Assembly (NCBI GenBank): GCA_000165345.1
Contig: CM000436.1
Location: 704,001 to 768,000, forward strand
DNA length: 64,000 nucleotides
Reading direction: 5' to 3'
In this document: in pieces, positions 48,364-59,116 of the stretch
Numbering within the stretch: position 1 is the first letter of the stretch
Layout: every line of letters starts with the position of its first letter
Notes under the pieces: generated by a model
Told to the model about the DNA's origin: nothing
Database searches by the model: none
The model's input: the letters and a program-made list of their open reading frames with translations, nothing else
Position numbers and translations under genes: made by a program

Positions 48364-49476
48364 ATGATTGACGACCAACTTATTATATATACGCTTGTAA
48401 TATCTCCTGTTGTCGGATGGCTTACTTCAACAAAAAGAACTTGGAACAAAAAAAATCAAGTAAACGGAGTTATTCTTGCACTAATTGTGTTAGTGATTGC
48501 ATGTGTATTGCAAAATGTAAGAGTTTCTCAAAACCATTACCAAACTTTGGGTATATCGAGTAGTGCGTCAAAGTCTGAGATTACCGCAGCATACAGAAAA
48601 TTAGCTCTTAAGTTCCACCCGGATAAAAACTCAGATTTAAGTGCAAGAGAAATTTATTCTAAAATTAGGAATGCTAATGAAATACTATCAAACGATTTAA
48701 GAAGAAGTTGGTATCGTAGATTCGGAACAGTTGAAAATAATTTAGATTTATACAAGGCTTCAGAAGATGAAGAATTCATTGATTATCCATTACATCTTAC
48801 TATAGTACCTTTTGTTACTGCTGTAATTCCGATTTGTTTGTCATTATTGATGTGGAATGATCAAGAGAATATAAGAAGAATAATTCTTTGTTTTATAGTT
48901 TGGACGTTATCGTGCGGGATTTTACTTAGATTTGATAGGAATGAGAACGATTTCCTAACATTTATTCCAATTTTCAGAAATTTTCTCCCGTTCGAGAAAA
49001 TTAGAGTTTTAGAAGGGCTATACATAACAATAATGAATTCTTTACAGCTTATTCTCCCATTTTTTGCCACAAGTTTCTACAAAAACGAACTTGCAGAGTT
49101 TTACCAATCTCTATTGAGGAAGAAGCTGCGATTACTAATATATATAGAGGATTTCTATAATGAAATAAAGCCCAAAAGCCAGAGAACAACCGAAGAGAGC
49201 GGTATTTCAACATACAATTACAGCATTGTTACTCCAAATTTTCAGTCAGATGCATTAAAGACAGAGGTAATTAAGCACATGGAACAAACTAGTTTAGAGT
49301 TTAATCAATTATTAATTGAAGAACCGTTTCTAAACGAATCATGGGATAACTCTTTTAATAATGTTTATAATTTACTAGAGGATAATCTTGATTTAGAAGA
49401 GAAGTCAGGGCTATCTATTGGTACGATTATTTTTATTTTATTCTGGGTATATAAAATATATTCGGCCTTTACTTAG
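48364..49476 (+). CDS. membrane-anchored J-domain (DnaJ/Hsp40) protein, DNAJC25-like topology
   Basis: TM helix (VNGVILALIVLVIACVL) followed by the J-domain YQTLGISSSASKSEITAAYRKLALKFHPDKN, then additional hydrophobic segments. Confidence 0.75.
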   Translation: MIDDQLIIYTLVISPVVGWLTSTKRTWNKKNQVNGVILALIVLVIACVLQNVRVSQNHYQTLGISSSASKSEITAAYRKLALKFHPDKNSDLSAREIYSKIRNANEILSNDLRRSWYRRFGTVENNLDLYKASEDEEFIDYPLHLTIVPFVTAVIPICLSLLMWNDQENIRRIILCFIVWTLSCGILLRFDRNENDFLTFIPIFRNFLPFEKIRVLEGLYITIMNSLQLILPFFATSFYKNELAEFYQSLLRKKLRLLIYIEDFYNEIKPKSQRTTEESGISTYNYSIVTPNFQSDALKTEVIKHMEQTSLEFNQLLIEEPFLNESWDNSFNNVYNLLEDNLDLEEKSGLSIGTIIFILFWVYKIYSAFT

Positions 49477-49478
49477 TT

Positions 49479-51023
49479 TCACAAATCCTGAATGTAAATT
49501 TTTCCATTTGTTTCAATTCCCAAGTCAGATAATGAATGAGAATCACTGTATCCTTCAATTTTAATCTTATTTTTGTTATTAACAAATATATACTCCAATG
49601 ATTCATTTTTTTGTATTTTGTAAATCTTCCAAATTAAAACTTTAACATCAGATACGGCCATTTTTTTGTTTAGTTTAATTGTGGTTGGATTACAGTCAAT
49701 ACAACATTTAAATTGAGGAATAAAGCTTATATCTAAGTATTTTTCGTCTTTACTCACATTATCGGAGTCAGGAATTAAATTTTGATGAATTGATATGTCG
49801 TTTTCTATTATGAATTCGCAAAGAATATCTCCATTGGGGTCTATTTCTCTCAACATATTATTTTTTAGTACTGTATATTGAGAAATATAATAACGCTGAT
49901 ATGAAATAATATCTTGCTTATTAATTATACTTTTATTGAACGTTTTTATATTTGGTAATATAGAAATTATTATACTTCTTAAATCTATTGTAGTGTTATT
50001 CAAAATAATGTTGTTTCTAAGACAAAGGTGCTCTAAGTTTGGGAAAGCTTTCCTTAAGTAAACAATTGTGCCAAGTTCAATAATCCCGCAGTTGTCCAAG
50101 TTTAATTCTAAAATATTTGGGAATTCAATATTAATATTTGTATTTGTTTTTAATATCGGTAATTTAAAAAAATAATTACTAGATATGTTCAAGCTTTTCA
50201 GGCCCGTTAAATATTTTAGGATATTTTCTATATTCTCCCAATCAGATAGTAAGTTTAGGCTCAAATCTAACCTTTGAATTGTTGAGTTTGAATAATCCAT
50301 TGAAATAAAATAGTAGTTGTTCGATGAAAGGTTAACATAGTTGACATTTGGCAATACTGAATCTTCTCTAAATAACAGCATTAGCTGCTCAAATTTAACG
50401 AAGGTTTTACTCATACTTAAAACTTTGATATTATTGAACTGATTATGGTTAATAAAAGAAATTTCTTTGAGCCTATTCCCATTTAGCATTAAGCATTCAA
50501 GTTTTGGTAAATGAGACAGTATGCAAAATAAAGAGTTCCAATCTGATAGTAAATTGTTGTTTAAGCAAAGAGAATTAATATTATTGTAGCATTGGGTAAA
50601 GTCTACAGGAGATTCTAAAGATTTCATAAGTTCTTTACAGGCACAAGTAACAATGCTCATTCTTTCTAGAGATAAAATTGATATTTTTTTGCAATACTCC
50701 TGTGCCTTTTTCAAACCCACAAAATTTTCAACCTCTTCATCGCATAAATATCGATTTCTAATAGCTTCTTGAAAAGAAATTCCTGACGATAATTCATTTA
50801 TTTTGTGAAGTTCTAGTTTCTTTTCTACCTTATTTCTGTTCATAAAACATGATGAAACATTTTGTATATCTGAATTTAGTGAATTACAATTTATATCTGA
50901 ATCCCACAAAACCCCAAAAAGTTCCTCGCCATTCTCATTAAATACGGTTGAGCAGATTGTCCCAATTCTTTCATCTTCCAAATGCAACACTCTATCACCT
51001 AATTTTATCTCCATACTTCGCAA
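49479..51023 (-). CDS. tubulin-folding cofactor E (TBCE)-like protein: degenerate CAP-Gly + LRR + C-terminal ubiquitin-like domain
   Basis: N-terminal LGDRVLHLEDERIGTICSTVF...FGVLWDSD resembles CAP-Gly. Central LxxLxLxxN leucine-rich repeats (LNLDNCGI, LDLSLNLLSDW, LNISSNYF). C-terminal beta-grasp-like VKVLIWKIYKI...GIETNGKIYIQDL. Confidence 0.65.
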   Translation of the reverse strand: MRSMEIKLGDRVLHLEDERIGTICSTVFNENGEELFGVLWDSDINCNSLNSDIQNVSSCFMNRNKVEKKLELHKINELSSGISFQEAIRNRYLCDEEVENFVGLKKAQEYCKKISILSLERMSIVTCACKELMKSLESPVDFTQCYNNINSLCLNNNLLSDWNSLFCILSHLPKLECLMLNGNRLKEISFINHNQFNNIKVLSMSKTFVKFEQLMLLFREDSVLPNVNYVNLSSNNYYFISMDYSNSTIQRLDLSLNLLSDWENIENILKYLTGLKSLNISSNYFFKLPILKTNTNINIEFPNILELNLDNCGIIELGTIVYLRKAFPNLEHLCLRNNIILNNTTIDLRSIIISILPNIKTFNKSIINKQDIISYQRYYISQYTVLKNNMLREIDPNGDILCEFIIENDISIHQNLIPDSDNVSKDEKYLDISFIPQFKCCIDCNPTTIKLNKKMAVSDVKVLIWKIYKIQKNESLEYIFVNNKNKIKIEGYSDSHSLSDLGIETNGKIYIQDL

Positions 51024-51043
51024 TTACAAATTGTTCAAATCGT

Positions 51044-51052
51044 ACGCGCGAA
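51044..51052. promoter_or_regulatory. GCGCGAA (E2F-like) box about 25 bp upstream of the TBCE-like gene
   Basis: TCGTACGCGCGAACTTTT. Confidence 0.3.
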
Positions 51053-51360
51053 CTTTTACATTTATCGAGTATCGCAGAACAAGTCTACCAAGCTCAAATT
51101 GCCCACAAATATAATATAATAACAACGCTCTCAAATTAAATCTATAAGTTTTACTAACACCAAAATAGAATACTAAGAAACACTAAATAAGAGAAATAAT
51201 ACAGCTACTCAAGTACCACTTTTCAAACTAGTCACCTTAGTGTGATTTGATTAGTCAATATTCTCCTTTTGCGATTTCATCATATTGCTCCTGTATCTTA
51301 TCAAAAAAAGAAGAAGAGGTAGCAAAATAGAGCTGAAAAAATATATATAAGCCACAAATA

Positions 51361-53031
51361 TTAAGCATCCACTTTTATTCTCTTCACGTCATTTTCGGTA
51401 GAAATAATTGAATTCTCCCTCACTTCACTCCATTCGGAATTTATACCATTAGCAGTTATCAAAGTATTAATCTCTCCTCCAGTATCTGCTGATTGATCTT
51501 CGGTTTCTGCTCGAGCTTCTGTTTCAATATTTGGTGTTTTGTATTCAAATATAGATGTTTCGATAGAACCATTACTTTTTACAACCAATAATTCAGTAGA
51601 ATTTGATTTTGGATCTAATTCTTGTGACTCAGTCGTGCTTGAAGGCAGAGCAAAGTCTCCACCTCCACCATTTACCTGCTCGCTTACCTTAGTCAACTCA
51701 TTAATGTTTGTGCTAGGCTTTCTCTTTGTACCCCTCAAACCCACTTTCCCTTTGCTTTGAGCAAGCGATTGTGCATGTAAGTTTATAAACCGTTCTTCAA
51801 GCCCACACATAGCCGCTATTTGCCAAAGCTGCTTTGTAGTTGCGTTCCGAATATCCGCTATTTTGCTTGCTTCAACTCTTTTTTCGGGATGACTTCTAAG
51901 GTAGGCTGACAACTCACTTTTCAATAATGCCCTTCCCTGGTCGCCTAATCTATATTTTCTTGTATGGCTAATCTTAAAAACGTCATTTGGTTCGCCTAGA
52001 ATGCATTGGTCTGAGCCACTAGTGTGAGAAATACCATTTGAAAGATTTTCAAATGAAATTTGGCCCAATTTAATATTCCTTAAGTTGTAATCTGGTAGTC
52101 CGGGATTTCCAATCGGCTTCATCGAATCATCACAAACAATATTAGTACTTTTATTAAAGTCGCCGTTTGCGTTCAAATAATTTTTTACTCTTTCATGCGC
52201 ATCCGCCAGACTAGCAATATTATTTAGATAAGAATTCAGCAATGAATTAAGCTTATCACTTTCTTCTGGCACGCCTATTTCCTTTTTCAACGAAAGCACT
52301 GGCTTTTTAATTTTGCTGATATCGCAATTTTCGGTTCCGCTAACCAAATTATTCTGATAAATCGAGCCTAGACATGGGCCAATTATTGGCGATATTCTAG
52401 GCATGATATTCGGGTGAATGATCGAGGGTTGAGATCCGATTGACAAAAGCGGTGATTGCAACAATGGGTTGATAATTGGAGGTTGAGAATCCAATTTTAT
52501 GGAATTAATAGATTGATTCTCCTCTTTAGATAACAAATTGTTTTGAGTAGACAAAATTGATTCTATTCCTGGAAAACTGGCTATTGGTATTCCACTTACT
52601 GGGATAACGCTCTGTGGAACTACTGTGCCATTCAAATTGTAGCCACTTGGAATGGCACTATAACAGTCTGGCAATACAGCTCGAACTGCACCAAGAGTAT
52701 TGTTTACTTGATACAGCTGGTTCGGTAAAATCAAGGGAAAACCAGGGTTTAATTCATTAATTCCACCAATATTCATATTTAACCCAAATCCAAGGTTTAA
52801 ACCAATCCCAATATTTTGTCCTAAAGATGAATTTATTGCTTGGCTAGTATTTTGACCTGAATTTGTGAACAATGATTCGATATAATTATTTGAAAAACTT
52901 TTCCCTTCTAGTATTGGCGATACACATGTTGTCGATGGGGCAGTTCCTGTTTTATTGAAAGATTGCTCAATTAATGCGCTCGACCCATTTTCAGTCTTTT
53001 CACTGGTATTTATTTCGTTCAGATGATTCAT
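51361..53031 (-). CDS. hypothetical low-complexity protein (Asn/Ser/Gly/Pro-rich) with one conserved-looking basic helical segment
   Basis: ATG at 53031; most of the protein is low complexity. Segment RKYRLGDQGRALLKSELSAYLRSHPEKRVEASKIADIRNATTKQLWQIAAMCGL looks globular but was not assigned. Confidence 0.55.
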   Translation of the reverse strand: MNHLNEINTSEKTENGSSALIEQSFNKTGTAPSTTCVSPILEGKSFSNNYIESLFTNSGQNTSQAINSSLGQNIGIGLNLGFGLNMNIGGINELNPGFPLILPNQLYQVNNTLGAVRAVLPDCYSAIPSGYNLNGTVVPQSVIPVSGIPIASFPGIESILSTQNNLLSKEENQSINSIKLDSQPPIINPLLQSPLLSIGSQPSIIHPNIMPRISPIIGPCLGSIYQNNLVSGTENCDISKIKKPVLSLKKEIGVPEESDKLNSLLNSYLNNIASLADAHERVKNYLNANGDFNKSTNIVCDDSMKPIGNPGLPDYNLRNIKLGQISFENLSNGISHTSGSDQCILGEPNDVFKISHTRKYRLGDQGRALLKSELSAYLRSHPEKRVEASKIADIRNATTKQLWQIAAMCGLEERFINLHAQSLAQSKGKVGLRGTKRKPSTNINELTKVSEQVNGGGGDFALPSSTTESQELDPKSNSTELLVVKSNGSIETSIFEYKTPNIETEARAETEDQSADTGGEINTLITANGINSEWSEVRENSIISTENDVKRIKVDA

Positions 53032-53753
53032 TTTTCGTCTTCGCTATAAGTCAGACGTGCAATTAAGCTAGCCATTCAGTCGCTACGGAATTGTTATTTC
53101 ACAAATTTTGAATTGAGCTTGTACTGGAAATTATTCAGCAACCAGAATTTTAGTTTAGTTTATTTACTTATTTAGTTGGAGAAGGAGACTAATATTGCCC
53201 TACTTTATAGTCAATTATCTTCATTTAATATGCCAAATATATACTTTTCGCTTCGTTTCCTGCATATCAACAGTATTTTGAATTGGCCCCACGCTTAATT
53301 ACGAGACATACATGCTTTTTTTGCAAGTATTTTCAAGTGGATTACATTTTAGTCTCCCGTCTCTGTCTCCAATCTTTTATTTCAAATTTTTAAAGTTGCA
53401 AAGATATCAAGATTATGTGAAGGGAAACAATTTTGATTTAGCTCAGTCCAGTTCCATCTTATTTGTATTTATCTTTAGCTTGATTCATTAATTTATGTAT
53501 TTTATACCGTCTTTTTTGTACTTCTTTGCGTTATGATCGTCCATTAATTAACAATTTTCAGTGTGTAGACTCTTTCTGATTCTCCTGATCATGCTTGAGG
53601 TTTTGAATGATCGATATTCAATTTATGTAGCTATTTTTTTTCTAAAATTAATTATAGAGCGGCGCAGATTATGTTGAGTGCAATGTGTGGATGCTGGCGT
53701 AGAAATAATTTTGATTCATAAAGAAATGTAGAAGCCACAATAGTAAATAAAAT

Positions 53754-55640
53754 ATGAGCATATATATATCTAATGATTATTCTGAGCCTAATTGTAATGT
53801 TCTACCGGATTGTAAATACAGTTTGTGCTACGTAAACTTAGCTCTAAATTCTCAAAAAATTGGGAGAAAGGGGAAATTTCAATCTAAAAGTTTTGAGTTC
53901 TTTGTTACCTTATACAAAAAGAATTTATTAACTGACGAGGAATTACAAATAGGAAGTTGCAGAATATTACCTTCGAATTATTGCACGCCATTTGAAAGGA
54001 ATTATTGTACAGTTTATTTTAATTTTTTTTCAATAGATGAATTAAAAGAATTTTTGGAAAAGAACGAAATAATTGTAATATTGAAGTTAGGTTTTGGCAT
54101 TAATCATTTTGAGGTGTTGTTTGACGAAACGATAAATTACTTCATCAAACCAGTAACAAGCATTAAGAATGAGTTATTTTTATCAAACAAAAATAACGAT
54201 TTCGAAGTTACTTTTATTGTTAATGTCGAGTGGTTTGCAACAATTCCTAAAATCATTAAAAACAATAGTGAAAACCTCGAAAAGCTAGACAAAAATATTC
54301 CTATCTCTTCGGGCTTAAAGATTGAGAATAAAATCTTTAATATTAATATGATTGATAATCCTAATATGAGTTTGATATATGAAAAAACAATTTGCAATGA
54401 CCCAATTATATCGAAAAAGATAGTTTGTTCGCAACCTATAACGAAAGCACTAAGTAAACATACTATTGACAAGTCAAAAAATATTAAGAACAATTTTTTT
54501 GCACCAAGTATTCACTCTTTGAACAATATAGGCAGTTGGACTGTAAAAATTAAAAATATTATATTGACTGAAAATGGGTTCACGTTTCTTCATGATAAGT
54601 TCCCAAAATATAGACAATCAAAAAGTTACAAGGTTATTGTCCAGTATTGCATTAAAAATGAAGATGGAAAAACTATAACACAAACTAGAAAGCATTGGAG
54701 TATAATGAGTTTTTTAAAGAATTACAATAATTTTTCTATTGATAATAGAATTCCAAGAAAACTTTACTACATTGCAAAAGCAAATATTTATTCTAGAATT
54801 CCTGAAACTATCATCGATAAAATAGAGGAAAAATACTTTCATATTAGTTTTTCGATTCCAAATTCACAAATACTATATGAATCAAAAGTTGATAAAGGAA
54901 ATGCTATTTTTTATGGCATATTGCATCCAAATGAAATTTCTTTAACTAAAGAATCTTTGGTCAAGCTTTATTCAGAGTTTCATAAAAAGAAATGTTTAGG
55001 TTATGCATTAATATCATTCTCAGATATAAAAGAAAAACCTTATGATAGTATAAACCTTCATGATAAAATCGATCGAATTATCGAAACAAAGAATAATTCA
55101 AATAAGAAACAATGCAAGGCGGGCTATTTAGAAGGAATGAGTATTATTTATCTGTATATATACTGGCACATTCAATTTCGGGCAAAAAATGAAAGGAAAA
55201 CACCTGAAAGTATTTTAGTGGAGTTTTATTCAAAGATTTCAAGTTCCAAAACTATTGAAGGAGGAGTAAATGTAACAGGAATGAAGAAGTGTGTAAGCGC
55301 ATTAATACACTCTAATACTGAATTAGCTCATAGTTTGATGAGCTACACAGGCTGTATTCCTGAAAACCTCACATTGTTTAACAACGTTTATGAATTGAGG
55401 TATTATTTACTTTTTCCTCATCTTGAAACATTTGAAAACTCTTGTAATGATATTTTTTCAAATGACAATTCAAAAGTTTTCAACGAATACGAATTTGCTT
55501 ATAAATGTAATGAGTTGGGCATAAGAGAATGCATCTCAATTACTTGGAGAGAAATGATGAAATCATCCTTTGAAGATATTTCTTTGAAAGCTTATAGATC
55601 GTGTTTGCAGCTCTATAAGGTTGAAAATATATTCTTGTAA
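53754..55640 (+). CDS. hypothetical protein (628 aa, no recognisable domain)
   Basis: Long ORF with ATG at 53754; Cys-containing N-terminus; no motif recognised. Confidence 0.55.
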   Translation: MSIYISNDYSEPNCNVLPDCKYSLCYVNLALNSQKIGRKGKFQSKSFEFFVTLYKKNLLTDEELQIGSCRILPSNYCTPFERNYCTVYFNFFSIDELKEFLEKNEIIVILKLGFGINHFEVLFDETINYFIKPVTSIKNELFLSNKNNDFEVTFIVNVEWFATIPKIIKNNSENLEKLDKNIPISSGLKIENKIFNINMIDNPNMSLIYEKTICNDPIISKKIVCSQPITKALSKHTIDKSKNIKNNFFAPSIHSLNNIGSWTVKIKNIILTENGFTFLHDKFPKYRQSKSYKVIVQYCIKNEDGKTITQTRKHWSIMSFLKNYNNFSIDNRIPRKLYYIAKANIYSRIPETIIDKIEEKYFHISFSIPNSQILYESKVDKGNAIFYGILHPNEISLTKESLVKLYSEFHKKKCLGYALISFSDIKEKPYDSINLHDKIDRIIETKNNSNKKQCKAGYLEGMSIIYLYIYWHIQFRAKNERKTPESILVEFYSKISSSKTIEGGVNVTGMKKCVSALIHSNTELAHSLMSYTGCIPENLTLFNNVYELRYYLLFPHLETFENSCNDIFSNDNSKVFNEYEFAYKCNELGIRECISITWREMMKSSFEDISLKAYRSCLQLYKVENIFL

Positions 55641-55758
55641 ATTAAGAAGAGAATTTTGGAAGACAAAGCAATTAACCTAAACTAGATAAGAGCTAGTTTC
55701 AAATTTAGTCTTCAAGATTTGTTTCCCAAAAAATACTTGCAATGCAGTACAAATTTGT

Positions 55759-55853
55759 TCAATTTTTTAGCATTGTATCTTTTTTTTCATCGTTGTACAT
55801 AGGGTCTCCAGAGTCAATACTAGGCTCCTGCTCGCATATTGTGCCTTCTTCAC
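55759..55853 (-). CDS. same mini-gene, exon 2 (after a 45-nt intron 55854..55898)
   Basis: Acceptor CCTTTAG|GT. Continues GEEGTICEQEPSIDSGDPMYNDEKKDTMLKN*. An acidic stretch follows NWG, as in SERBP1 (NWGTVKDE). Confidence 0.45.
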
Positions 55854-55898
55854 CTAAAGGCTTATAATTCAGGTCAAGTTATTTCAAATTTCACTTAC

Positions 55899-56022
55899 CC
55901 CAGTTATATTTACCTGAGCCTCCTTTAATACCAGATTTATTTCCATATGCAGAGCTCTTTGGGTTCATACTATGACGGTCTAGTCTAGTATCCTTGTCAT
56001 GTTTCGGCTTGGAATGCGTCAT
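55899..56022 (-). CDS. SERBP1/HABP4/Stm1-like mini-protein (72 aa), exon 1; not in ORF track
   Basis: Minus-strand ATG at 56022. Encodes MTHSKPKHDKDTRLDRHSMNPKSSAYGNKSGIKGGSGKYNW(G), carrying the family signature DRHS...KGGSGKxNWG. Donor TGGG|GTAAGT (phase 1). Confidence 0.5.
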
Positions 56023-56112
56023 CTCTTTAAGACTCTTAATTTATTTCGGTTAATTAGAAAAAAAATGGCATGCAATCCAAATAGACTTAAGTTGGATAGC
56101 GCAAACTAAAAG

Positions 56113-56119
56113 TGGCGCC
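56113..56119. promoter_or_regulatory. GGCGCC box about 90 bp upstream of the SERBP1-like mini-gene
   Basis: AAGTGGCGCCTAATG; supports an independent promoter for the mini-gene. Confidence 0.35.
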
Positions 56120-56272
56120 TAATGCAATTTTTTTTTTCCTTAATGACGATTTAATTCCTTGAAACGAACATTGAAAAGATCGATAATTTAAGAAAATTTG
56201 CATGAGAAGGATATTTATGTTAGTAATTATAAAAGCAATTAAATATTAATGCTATAGAGTTAGAAATGTATT

Positions 56273-57253
56273 TTATTTGTTATTAGACTCATTGATTGCC
56301 ATGAAAATAAGGTGAGCTCTACTTTTGTGTTTTTCACTTTCATTGTGATTTTTATCGGGGTGGCAAAGTATTATGGCCTTCCTATATGCCTTCTTTACTA
56401 GCTCTATATCTGACATTAGTTTGGAGAATTCAATAGGTTCCCATTGGGCATTTTCCCATAATACCTGCTGAAGTGAGCTTAGTAAAACGCGAATATCTTT
56501 GTATGAGCCGTCAGGTTTTCTAGACCATCTACTAATTTCTTCAACAAGATCTTCGTAGCCAAAGTTGTCACTCTTTTCGTCATTACTTGATTCCAAAATT
56601 CTTGATTCTAGGACTTTTTGTGAGGTAAATGATTTTTTATTACTTAAAAATTTTGTTTGTTCATCATCTACTATATCAATAAAGTTGGAGTCATCTGAAT
56701 TGTCAAATTTAGTAGGGGTAGGCGCTTGAAATATATTGTTTTGAATTTTAGAGTTAGATCTATCAACATATTCTTTTTCATCAGTTTCGTAAGGCATACA
56801 CATATTCACAGTTTTTGCTTCATAATTTGAATTAACGGATTTTGTATGAATACCATCATAATTTGATGATGAGAAATTAACAAAAACTAGTATTTTTAGA
56901 ATGATTTTAGAGTTATATGGGGTTGCAGTGTCTTGGTCAGTAACTAAGTCGCACCAAACCCATGGATAAATACCGTTGCTATCATGACTCTTATACCTTA
57001 CAGAGATGTCGCAGAGACAATTTTTTGAATAGCAACAACAAAACTTATATTTAGGAATTATTTCTTTTATTCGTTCAAGTGTAATGCTTCTAAAATTTAA
57101 CTTATCTTTGCTTTGAACTAAATTGAATTGCTCTGGCTCATGATATTCCCCAAATCGATTTGCATATTGAATACAATAAAATATATGCTCACTGTTGTGT
57201 TTTTTGATAGAGTCGGTTGAAAGTGCACTTAAACTTTTTTTAATAAAATCCAT
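56273..57253 (-). CDS. protein with C-terminal J-domain (DnaJ-like) and Cys-rich N-terminal half
   Basis: C-terminal ...LVKKAYRKAIILCHPDKNHNESEKHKSRAHLIFMAINES (HPD tripeptide in J-domain context); N-terminal region with CCCYSKNCLC cluster. Confidence 0.65.
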   Translation of the reverse strand: MDFIKKSLSALSTDSIKKHNSEHIFYCIQYANRFGEYHEPEQFNLVQSKDKLNFRSITLERIKEIIPKYKFCCCYSKNCLCDISVRYKSHDSNGIYPWVWCDLVTDQDTATPYNSKIILKILVFVNFSSSNYDGIHTKSVNSNYEAKTVNMCMPYETDEKEYVDRSNSKIQNNIFQAPTPTKFDNSDDSNFIDIVDDEQTKFLSNKKSFTSQKVLESRILESSNDEKSDNFGYEDLVEEISRWSRKPDGSYKDIRVLLSSLQQVLWENAQWEPIEFSKLMSDIELVKKAYRKAIILCHPDKNHNESEKHKSRAHLIFMAINESNNK

Positions 57254-57440
57254 TTTGTAGATTAGGTTTATACTAAATTTTCGTATTCATGGCTTTGGTA
57301 TTACGACGAGATAGTTTTCACTTCAATATTACTTTTAGAAACTTAATATTTGTTGTCGTCAGGTAATAAAAATAATTATTAATCCATCAAAGTTGAATAA
57401 CTAAACTTCAAAACTAGTAGTTTCAAACTGTCTATAAATA

Positions 57441-57449
57441 GGCGCAAAA
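57441..57449. promoter_or_regulatory. GGCGCAAAA (E2F-like) box about 190 bp upstream of the C-terminal-J-domain gene
   Basis: ATAGGCGCAAAAAAGG in AT-rich spacer. Confidence 0.3.
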
Positions 57450-57908
57450 AAGGTCCAAAAACAACCAACATGAAGGCCGACGGCATCCAAACCGGCAAGC
57501 TATGTAAAACGATACAAATTCAAAGACAAAATGTCGATTAGGCATCTAAAAACAGCATTAAATGCGCTTATCTCATGTATAGCCTGCATTAGAATTGATA
57601 AGTAGTACTTAGTATTTACACCTAAAGATCATTATGAAACTAAAATGTATTAGTTTCGTAGTATAATCAATCTATAGTTTGCTTAGCAATCAGCCGAGGT
57701 CATCAAGTAAAAAATATTTTGCAAAAAAAAAAAATTAGTTACCAGCAAACCTCGAATAATTCACCTAGGTACGATATAGCCATCTGAGAGGACAAAGGCG
57801 GAATCCTTCCATATTCCTTAAATAATATAAAGTTAAAAATTATATTCTTCATTATTAGTTATTAAAACAGAGAAAAAGTAACGAATAATTAAGAACATTG
57901 TTATTAAG

Positions 57909-58565
57909 TCATCCATAGATCCTTACAGATTTTCCCATTGTACTCTTTACTGTTAGACTCTTGATGTTGTGCCAATTCTTCTTCAATAGTGATACTAAGA
58001 AGTTAATTGCTAAAGTTAGGTTTTGTCTAATCTCTTCCTCTGTCATGTTAACGTTACCAATTGCCACACCAAGGCACAACACCTTCTTCAATTGGAACTT
58101 GATACTTGCCTTTAATTCATTCGCCTTCTCGTCAATTTTGTCGCTCGGGGTGATAACTGTTGGGAATTTACCTGCCTTATTTAATCCTGGACCTAATAGA
58201 CGTGGTATCTGTGGTAATAGTACCTGAGATGCCAAAAACAAATCGTACTTCTTGCAAAGTTTCTTGACAACCTTCTTGTTTTTGTTGATCTTCTTCATCT
58301 CTTCAATATCCATTACATCGAAGCCCAGTTTCTGTGCTCTTTCACAATCAGCAGCATCTCCCATTACACATACACGAGCATTTGGTCTTGGGACATTTGG
58401 TAAACGCACTGTACCAGCAAAACGCTTGTCTCTCTGAGTATCGTAATCCTTTAGCCCAATTTGCAATTCAACAGTCTCAACAAATTTCCTTGGCTTGGCC
58501 TTTGAGCCTTCCAAAATCTCAGAAATTGCACGACGAATAGTTTCGCTACTAACTTTCCCACTCAT
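57909..58565 (-). CDS. RPL10A: 60S ribosomal protein L10a (uL1)
   Basis: Full-length collinear match to eukaryotic L10a: [18 protein letters not shown]...[15 protein letters not shown]...[25 protein letters not shown]...[12 protein letters not shown]. Confidence 0.95.
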   Translation of the reverse strand: MSGKVSSETIRRAISEILEGSKAKPRKFVETVELQIGLKDYDTQRDKRFAGTVRLPNVPRPNARVCVMGDAADCERAQKLGFDVMDIEEMKKINKNKKVVKKLCKKYDLFLASQVLLPQIPRLLGPGLNKAGKFPTVITPSDKIDEKANELKASIKFQLKKVLCLGVAIGNVNMTEEEIRQNLTLAINFLVSLLKKNWHNIKSLTVKSTMGKSVRIYG

Positions 58566-59116
58566 TGCTGATAACTATATATTAATTATAGATCCGATAG
58601 TATATCTGACTCAAAATCTAATGGAGACGATTTAGAGGATTGATTTAAAGTTTATTGAAAACTTACGGCTTAGTTGATCGCGTCCAATCGCAAAAAGACA
58701 GAATTATTATTACGTTTGTAATTAATTACACTAAATAACTTATTGGAATATATTTGACTATTAAAAATTCAGTTAATTTGATAAATTAAATAAATAATAA
58801 ATTAATAATTATACTGTCCAAAACGCTATGTCTCCAATGCCCGGTATTTATTTAATACCTATATAGCAATTATTATGATAAAAATAAAAACTCATACGTC
58901 TCAAAGAAGCTTAGTTACCGCTATTTTTAAACAAATTCGCAAAATTGCATGGAGTTGAAACCTGAAATTATTATCAGCTCATGCAATTACAAATGAACTC
59001 ACTCAGAAGTTCTCAGTAAATTAAAAAATATTGTTAGCGATTATAGATTATCAAGCAATATCTGTAAAACAATATTCTTGTTTTCATAATAACGTGCCCT
59101 AGACTTTCGCCATTCA

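Noticed and set aside
57640-57720. tRNA-like start GTTTCGTAGTATAATC... and a GGAATCC element near 57800
   Set aside because: Neither yields a 7-bp acceptor stem, D/T arms with GGTTCGANTCC-type loop, and a matching 3' end; no convincing cloverleaf could be folded by eye.
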